DNA of 11,892 bases, taken from NCBI GenBank assembly GCA_044222065.1, contig JBGAOA010000095.1, positions 1-11,892 on the forward strand, given 5' to 3'. The notes below the pieces were generated by a model that searched no databases, had not been told where the DNA came from, and saw only the letters and a list, made by a program, of their open reading frames with translations. Below, piece after piece: positions 7,045 through 11,892 of this stretch. Every line of letters starts with the position of its first letter. Position 1 is the stretch's first letter. This DNA is from Candidatus Eiseniibacteriota bacterium. Lineage in GTDB: Bacteria; Eisenbacteria; RBG-16-71-46. A program made the position numbers and the translations under genes.

Positions 7045-8591
7045 GCGAACACCTCGTCGCCGTAGTGCTCGAGCAGATCGCGGATCGGTCGCGGAACACC
7101 CTGGCCGAAGCCGCACAGGCTGCCGATCTCGAGCGTGTCGAGCAGCCGCTCGAGCGACGCGCGGTCGCGGCGCGAGGCGAGCTGCGCGGTGCCGAGCCGG
7201 CACGGCGCGCAGTTGCCGCACGACTCGGCGGCCGCGAACGCGAACAGGTGGCGCGCGAGATCCGAAGGCCGCACGGTGTCGTCGAGCACGACGACGCCCG
7301 CGTGTCCCATGCCGGGCAGCGCCTCGAACGACAGCGGCGTGTCGAACGCGCGCTCGGGCAGCAGCCGGCCCATCGGTCCGCCGACGAGCGCCATGCTCCA
7401 GCGCCGCCCCTCCGGTGCGCCGCCGCCCGCGCGCGTGAGCGCGTCGCGCAGCGTCGTGCCGAGCGCGATCTCGGCGACGCCGGTCCAGCGCAGCGCGCCC
7501 GAGAGGCTCAGCGCCTTCGTGCCGGTCGGCCGCGCGTGCTTCACGGCCCACGGGACGAGCGCCAGCGTCTCGACGTTCTGCACGACGGTCGGCTTGCCCC
7601 ACAGCCCGGACTCGGCCGGGTAGGGCGGCTTCGCGCGCGGCTCGCCGCGCAGTCCCTCGATCGAGGCAAGCAGCGCCGTCTCTTCGCCGCACACGTAGGA
7701 ACCCGCCCCCGAGATCACCTCGATCGCGAAGTCGTCGCCGAGCAGGCCGCGCGCACGCGCCTCGTCGATCGCCGCGCGCACGACCGCTTGCGCGCGCGGG
7801 TACTCGTAGCGCACGTACACGAAACCGCGGCGCGCGCCGATCGCGCGCGCGCAGTGCTTCATGCCGGCGAGCACGGCGTGCGGATCCTCTTCGAGCAGCA
7901 GCCGGTCCACGAACGAGCCCGGGTCGCCCTCGTCGCCGTTCGCGACCACGTAACGTTCGTCGGCCGGCGTCGCGCGCGCCGCGCGCCACTTCGCGGCGGT
8001 CGGGTAGAGCGCGCCGCCGCGCCCGCGCAGCTTCGCGGCTTCGATCGCGCCGAGGATCGCGTCAGCGGACGGCGTGTCGTATTCGGAGAAGTCGGGCGTC
8101 GCGCCGCCCGGGGCGAGGTGCCGCAGCACGATCGGTTCGGGCGCGAGGTTCACACGCGGCACGGCGACGAGATCGGGGAGCGGCGAGGCGCCTTCGCCCC
8201 ACGATTCGATCCACGCGCCCGCCGTCTCGCCGCGCGGCCGCGCGTAGACGACGCCGCCCACGAGGTAGCTCGGCGCGGCGTAGCAGTGCCCGAGGCAGCG
8301 CACGCGCTCCATGGGGCCGAACTCCGAAAGGCGCGCGTGCAGCGCGTCCGCACCCTGGAAGCGGCACGCGGTGCCGTCGCAGACGCGCGGGCGACGTTCG
8401 AGGCCGTCGTAGAACGTGCGCACGCCGCGCGCCGCGGCGAGCGGCAGGCCGCGGCGAGCCGCGACCTCTTCGTCGGTCGCGCCCGCGAGGAAGTCCTGCA
8501 CCGCGTTCCCCGGGGCGCCCTCCGCGCGCCGGGCCGCGAGCGCGAGCAGGAGGGGCGTGGTGCTCCGTCCGGGCGCCTCTTCCGTTCCCAT
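7041..8591 (-). CDS. NAD(H)-binding diaphorase subunit of formate dehydrogenase: fused NuoE-like [2Fe-2S] + NuoF-like FMN/NADH/[4Fe-4S] (FdsG-FdsB-like), 516 aa
   Basis: ATG 8591 preceded by GGAGG. N-terminal TFY...RVCDGTAC...RCLGHCYAAP (thioredoxin-like [2Fe-2S]). Then LRGRGGALYPTAAKW, NGDEGDPGSFVDR, GAGSYVCGEETALL, KPTVVQNVETL, GGPMG and ESCGNCAPCRLG...SLCGFG. Confidence 0.93.
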   Translation of the reverse strand: MGTEEAPGRSTTPLLLALAARRAEGAPGNAVQDFLAGATDEEVAARRGLPLAAARGVRTFYDGLERRPRVCDGTACRFQGADALHARLSEFGPMERVRCLGHCYAAPSYLVGGVVYARPRGETAGAWIESWGEGASPLPDLVAVPRVNLAPEPIVLRHLAPGGATPDFSEYDTPSADAILGAIEAAKLRGRGGALYPTAAKWRAARATPADERYVVANGDEGDPGSFVDRLLLEEDPHAVLAGMKHCARAIGARRGFVYVRYEYPRAQAVVRAAIDEARARGLLGDDFAIEVISGAGSYVCGEETALLASIEGLRGEPRAKPPYPAESGLWGKPTVVQNVETLALVPWAVKHARPTGTKALSLSGALRWTGVAEIALGTTLRDALTRAGGGAPEGRRWSMALVGGPMGRLLPERAFDTPLSFEALPGMGHAGVVVLDDTVRPSDLARHLFAFAAAESCGNCAPCRLGTAQLASRRDRASLERLLDTLEIGSLCGFGQGVPRPIRDLLEHYGDEVFA

Positions 8592-8649
8592 CCCTCGATC
8601 CTCCCCGCGCGCTCGTCCCCGGGGCCGATGCCCGGCGACTCCCGTCACC

Positions 8650-8682
8650 TGCGGCCTCGAAAGCGGAACCGCGAAGGCCGCA
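8650..8682 (-). other. Stem-loop at the predicted 5' end of the fdh transcript
   Basis: Perfect 8-bp inverted repeat TGCGGCCT (8650-8657) / AGGCCGCA (8675-8682) with an inner GCG/CGC pair, at +4..+36 from the predicted sigma54 start (~8685). Confidence 0.45.
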
Positions 8683-8696
8683 TCCTGCCATCATCG

Positions 8697-8711
8697 GCAG
8701 GAGCCGTGCCA
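8697..8711 (-). promoter_or_regulatory. Sigma54 (-24/-12) promoter of the fdh operon
   Basis: The minus strand reads TGGCAC-GGCTC-CTGC: exact GG-N10-GC spacing and one mismatch to the consensus TGGCAC-N5-TTGC. It lies about 105 nt upstream of ATG 8591 and next to a sigma54-activator gene. Confidence 0.8.
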
Positions 8712-8812
8712 CGAGAGTCAACGTCAGGGGCACGCCCGCGTGTCTGTCAGATGCGCCTTGTCCGTGGGATTCCGTCGTGCGGGAGGAAGTTAAGCTCGGC
8801 CGGGACCTCAGG

Positions 8813-8852
8813 TGACGATTTGGCATTCACGCGCAATCCTGCCAAGCTGACA
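8813..8852. promoter_or_regulatory. Putative paired enhancer (UAS) boxes for the NtrC-family activator
   Basis: TGACG-ATT-TGGCA (8813-8825) and TGCCA-AGC-TGACA (8840-8852) are imperfect palindromes centred at about -134 and -161 from the predicted fdh start. Similar boxes recur at 11580-11613. Confidence 0.55.
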
Positions 8853-8885
8853 GCCGTCTGGGTCCGCTGTCACTCGAGGAACGCG

Positions 8886-10064
8886 ATGACTTCACCACCC
8901 GAACCCGAGCGAATCGAGTTCGTCGCGCCGAAGCCGGGCGCGAACGGACGGATCGACGGAGACGCGCTCGGCGCCATCTGGCCCGCTTTCGTGGATTCGC
9001 TCAGCGACGCGATCGTCGTGCTCGATCGCGAGCGCCGCGTCGTCGCGGCGAATCGCCGATATGTCGAAGAGTTCGGCGCGCGGCGCGACAGCGTCGTCGG
9101 CGCGATCTGCCTGCAGGGATTGCGCTGTCCCGAGGCGGAGGCGACCGATCGCCGCGGCGCGTGCGTGGCCTGCCTCGCGTTCGACGGCCAGTCGGATCAG
9201 AAGGTGATCCGCACGCTGCCCGATGCGCGCGGCGTGCAGCGCCGCTGGGAAGCGAGCTTCAATCCGATCGTGGACGGTGGCGGCCGCGTGACCCACGTCG
9301 TCGAGGTGTGGCGCGACATCACGGACCGCTCGACGCTCGAGGCGCAGTTGTCGCACAGCGAGCGACTCGCGTCGGTCGGCGCGCTCGCCGCGGGCGTCGC
9401 GCACGAGATCAACAATCCGCTCGCCTCGGTGCTCGCGGGCGTGGATTCGTTGTCGCGCGCGATCGCGCGGCGCGAGCGCGATCCGGCCGCGCTCGACGAT
9501 GCCAGCGAGCTGCTCAAGCTGCTCGAGCACGAAGTCGGCCGCTGCCGCGAGACGACCGCGAAGCTCATGCTGCTCGCGCAGCCGTACACGACGACGCCCG
9601 GGCGCGTGGATTTCAACCGCGCCGTGCACGACACGATGTCGCTGCTCCAGTTCCACACGAAGAAGCACGGCATCGAGGTGCAGGACCAGCTCGACGCCGA
9701 CCTGCCGGAGGTGTGGGGCAGCGAGTCCGGGCTGCGCGGCATCTGCATGAACCTGATGATGAACGCGGTGCAGGCGATGCCGAACGGCGGCACGCTGCGC
9801 GTGAGCACGCTCGCGCGCGGGCCGCAGATCGTTTTGACCATCGAAGACAGCGGCCCCGGCATTCGCGAGGAGCATCTCGTGAAGATCTGGGAGCCGTTCT
9901 TCACCACCAAGCCGGCGGGTCAGGGAACCGGGCTCGGTCTGTTCGTCACGAACGGCGTGGTGACGCGCCACGGGGGAACCATACGCGTCGAGAATCGGGC
10001 GGAAGGCGGTGCGCGTTTCATCGTCGAGCTGCCCGTGGAAGGAAGCGGAGGGCAATACCGATGA
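8886..10064 (+). CDS. Soluble PAS-domain sensor histidine kinase (NtrB-like HisKA + HATPase_c) with a four-Cys PAS motif, 392 aa
   Basis: ATG 8886 with GAGGA RBS (8876-8880). PAS: FVDSLSDAIVVLDRERRVVAAN...VVEVWRDIT. H-box AHEINNPL, N-box NLMMNAVQAM, G1 DSGPGI, F-box EPFFTTK, G2 GTGLGL. No hydrophobic TM segment. Confidence 0.93.
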   Translation: MTSPPEPERIEFVAPKPGANGRIDGDALGAIWPAFVDSLSDAIVVLDRERRVVAANRRYVEEFGARRDSVVGAICLQGLRCPEAEATDRRGACVACLAFDGQSDQKVIRTLPDARGVQRRWEASFNPIVDGGGRVTHVVEVWRDITDRSTLEAQLSHSERLASVGALAAGVAHEINNPLASVLAGVDSLSRAIARRERDPAALDDASELLKLLEHEVGRCRETTAKLMLLAQPYTTTPGRVDFNRAVHDTMSLLQFHTKKHGIEVQDQLDADLPEVWGSESGLRGICMNLMMNAVQAMPNGGTLRVSTLARGPQIVLTIEDSGPGIREEHLVKIWEPFFTTKPAGQGTGLGLFVTNGVVTRHGGTIRVENRAEGGARFIVELPVEGSGGQYR

Positions 10065-11479
10065 GGGGCAACGAGGACACCGCGGCGGCCGAGCCCCGCG
10101 AAGCCGACGCTCCCGACGCCGCGGCGGCGATCAGCCTGCTGCTCGTGGACGACGAAGAGACGTTCCGCCGCCTGACCGCGCGCGAACTCGCGCGATCCGG
10201 CTACGAAGTGACCGCCGCGGGGTCGGTCGAGGAGGCGCGCGGGCTGCTCTCGAAGCAGCACTTCCACCTCGTCGTCCTCGACGTCCGGCTGCCCGACGGC
10301 AACGGGCTCGACCTGCTGCCCGAGATCCGCGAGATGTCGCCCGGCTCCGAGGTCGTGCTGCTGACCGCGTACGCGACGGTGCAGGAGGCGATCAAGGCGA
10401 TGAAGCAGGGCGCGCACGACTTCCTCACGAAGCCCTGCCGACTCGCCGAACTCGAGGCCGTGCTCGAGAAGGCCGTGCAGAAGCAGATGCTCCAGCGCGG
10501 CAACACGGCGCTGAAGCGCGACATCGAGCGCCTGGGGCCGGGCGAGAACTTCATCGGCGCCTCGCCGCAGATCAAGGAGATGCTGAAGCTGCTCGGACGC
10601 GTCGCCGAGACCGAGGCGACGGTGCTCATCCGCGGCGAGAGCGGCGTGGGCAAGGAGCTCGTCGCGCGCGCCGTCCACCGGCTGAGCCGCCGGGCGCACC
10701 AGCCCTTCGTGGTCGTGGACTGCGCGACGCTCCACGAGAACCTGCTCCAGAGCGAGCTGTTCGGACACGAGAAGGGCGCGTACACCGGCGCGGTGCGCCT
10801 CAAGCACGGCCTCTTCGAGGTCGCCGACCGCGGCACGATCTTCCTCGACGAGATCGGCGAGATCACGCCGGCGCTGCAGGTGAAGCTGCTGCGCGTGCTC
10901 GAGACCGGCACGTTCCGCCGCGTCGGCGGCACGGCCGACATCAAGGTCAACGTGCGCGTCATCGCGGCGACGAACCGGCCGCTCGAGACCATGATGAAGG
11001 AAGGACAGTTCCGCGAGGACCTGTACTACCGGCTCAACGTGTTCTCGCTGCACATCCCGCCGCTGCGCGAGCGCCGCGAAGACCTCGTGCTGCTGGTCGA
11101 GCACTTCGTGCGCAACTCGAGCATCGTGCCGAAGCGCGGCATCGCGCTGGCGCCCGCCGCCATGGACGTGCTGACGCGCTACCACTGGCCGGGCAACGTG
11201 CGCGAACTCGAGAACGTCATCGAGCGCGCGCTCATCCTGTGCGACGGCGGCACGATCGAACCCGAGCACCTGCCGCTCGGCGTGCGGCTCGAGCCTTCGC
11301 TGCCGGCGGGCGAGGACTCGGACCGGCTGACGACGCTCGACGAACTCGAGCGCCGCTACATCAAGCGCGTGCTCCGCGAGTGCAAGGGCCACCGCCAGCG
11401 CGCGGCGCAGATCCTCGGCATCAGCGAGCGCAACCTGTATCGGAAGCTCAAGGAACTCGGCGACCCGAACACCGACTGA
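10061..11479 (+). CDS. Sigma54-dependent response regulator, NtrC/AtoC family (REC-AAA+-Fis HTH), 472 aa
   Basis: ATG 10061 overlaps the kinase stop as ATGA. REC: LLVDDE, VVLDVRLPDG, LTAY, LTKP. Walker A GESGVGKE; ESELFGH-like QSELFGHEK then GAYTGA; Walker B FLDEIGE; RVIAATN; FREDLYYRLNV; WPGNVRELEN. HTH: RAAQILGISERNLYRKLK. Confidence 0.96.
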   Translation: MRGNEDTAAAEPREADAPDAAAAISLLLVDDEETFRRLTARELARSGYEVTAAGSVEEARGLLSKQHFHLVVLDVRLPDGNGLDLLPEIREMSPGSEVVLLTAYATVQEAIKAMKQGAHDFLTKPCRLAELEAVLEKAVQKQMLQRGNTALKRDIERLGPGENFIGASPQIKEMLKLLGRVAETEATVLIRGESGVGKELVARAVHRLSRRAHQPFVVVDCATLHENLLQSELFGHEKGAYTGAVRLKHGLFEVADRGTIFLDEIGEITPALQVKLLRVLETGTFRRVGGTADIKVNVRVIAATNRPLETMMKEGQFREDLYYRLNVFSLHIPPLRERREDLVLLVEHFVRNSSIVPKRGIALAPAAMDVLTRYHWPGNVRELENVIERALILCDGGTIEPEHLPLGVRLEPSLPAGEDSDRLTTLDELERRYIKRVLRECKGHRQRAAQILGISERNLYRKLKELGDPNTD

Positions 11480-11494
11480 GTCCGGGCCGTCCCG

Positions 11495-11532
11495 CCCCGC
11501 CGCGACCTTCGCTCCCAGGACGCGGCGGGGTT
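11495..11532 (+). terminator. Strong GC hairpin after the response regulator (probable terminator)
   Basis: CCCCGCCGCG (11495-11504) / CGCGGCGGGG (11521-11530) plus an inner CCT/AGG pair, starting 16 nt after the stop. Only TT follows it. Confidence 0.5.
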
Positions 11533-11579
11533 CGCGCGTCAGATCGTCCCGCCGATCTCGCCGTCGCCGCGCTCCTGCC

Positions 11580-11613
11580 TGTCAGCACTACAGAGACGCG
11601 TGACGCTTTGACA
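11580..11613. promoter_or_regulatory. Putative paired enhancer (UAS) boxes upstream of the right-hand sigma54 promoter
   Basis: TGTCA-GCA-CTACA (11580-11592) and TGACG-CTT-TGACA (11601-11613), 21 bp apart centre to centre, at about -154 and -133. The second box matches 8813-8825 at 11 of 13 positions. Confidence 0.55.
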
Positions 11614-11713
11614 GCAGAGCCAGGCGCCCGCGCGCCTGCCGGTCCGGCGGGTCCGAATCGTCCGGTCATTGCCGGACAACGGGTTGCGGCGCATTTCGTC
11701 GTTCGTCGTCATG

Positions 11714-11728
11714 GGGCACGCGGCTTGC
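11714..11728 (+). promoter_or_regulatory. Sigma54 (-24/-12) promoter for the downstream gene/operon
   Basis: gGGCAC-GCGGC-TTGC: GG at 11715-11716 and GC at 11727-11728 (N10 spacing), with one mismatch to consensus. Confidence 0.8.
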
Positions 11729-11878
11729 CCTAGCGAAGGAACGCGCGCGGTGGCCTTCGCCACGAACAGTGGCGGACCCCGTAGGTGAGCGAGCCTCGGT
11801 GGGTGTCGGTGCGCTGCCGCGCGCAATTTCTTCAGGGCGCGTCCCTTCGGAGCGCGAAGTGCGTGAGGGGAACGGAGC

Positions 11879-11892
11879 ATGAAAGTGCTCGA
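11879..11892 (+). CDS. Start of a downstream gene (MKVL...), truncated by the window end; product unknown
   Basis: ATG at 11879 preceded by a purine-rich GAGGGGAACGGAG, downstream of the sigma54 promoter. Only four full codons are visible. Confidence 0.5.

Noticed and set aside
7045..7989. N-terminal extension of the 1184-aa FdhF ORF
   Set aside because: It is an Arg-rich alternative frame of the NuoF-like gene. The real start is ATG 7044 (ATGA coupling).
8820..8845. Additional sigma54 promoters at TTGGCA...GC on either strand
   Set aside because: The GG-to-GC spacing is 9 nt on both strands, not the required 10. These bases are better explained as half-sites of the UAS boxes.
7065..8885. 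N-terminal ~600 aa of the 999-aa kinase ORF
   Set aside because: It is the antisense shadow of the NuoEF gene plus intergenic DNA. The kinase begins at ATG 8886, which has an RBS.
9161..10060. N-terminal extension of the 772-aa regulator ORF
   Set aside because: It is an out-of-frame overlap with the kinase with low-complexity R/A/G translation. The real start is ATG 10061.
964..11733. Many long overlapping or antisense ORFs (e.g. 964-3033 -, 1365-2867 +, 3229-4221 -, 3378-4469 +, 4357-7065 +, 5558-7099 -, 8892-10055 -, 9920-11392 -, 10009-11733 +)
   Set aside because: These are expected from stop-codon scarcity in very high-GC3 DNA. They show no recognisable motifs, and each shadows a well-supported gene.
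11785..11892. Alternative ORF from GTG 11785 running off the window, and minus-strand ORFs 11448-11669 and 11539-11880
   Set aside because: There is no convincing RBS or coding-type codon bias, and they overlap promoter/leader elements. ATG 11879 has a much better purine-rich RBS.
1..11892. CRISPR arrays, tRNA/rRNA, transposases or long direct repeats
   Set aside because: None were seen. The recurring CGCGCG, CTCGAG and GATC-type words are dispersed and follow codon usage rather than a regular repeat spacing.

Overview
High-GC bacterial window (organism not determinable from sequence alone). From left to right: (1) the 3' part of a lower-GC HATPase_c + DUF4325/STAS-like gene; (2) a fused alpha-beta NDP-forming acyl-CoA synthetase gene broken by one frameshift near 2540; (3) a convergent, roughly 10-TM orphan membrane protein (DMT-like, possibly leaderless); (4) a compact two-gene NAD-linked Mo/W formate dehydrogenase on the minus strand (fused NuoE-NuoF diaphorase plus FdhF/FdsA-type catalytic subunit with a Cys ligand); (5) a divergent two-component system made of a soluble PAS histidine kinase with a four-Cys motif (C-x5-C-x11-C-x2-C, resembling NreB) and an NtrC-family sigma54 activator (GAYTGA variant); (6) the first codons of a further gene at the right edge. 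The two-component pair is flanked by two outward-facing, near-consensus sigma54 promoters (8697-8711 minus, 11714-11728 plus). Each promoter has a pair of related 13-bp TGNC(A/G)-N3-TGNCA-type boxes, with the nearer box centred at about -134 and -133. The best candidate for an undescribed system is therefore a sigma54 regulon, possibly gated by an Fe-S/redox sensor, that controls a streamlined formate dehydrogenase and an unseen operon to the right. The motifs are seen in the sequence; the functions are inference.
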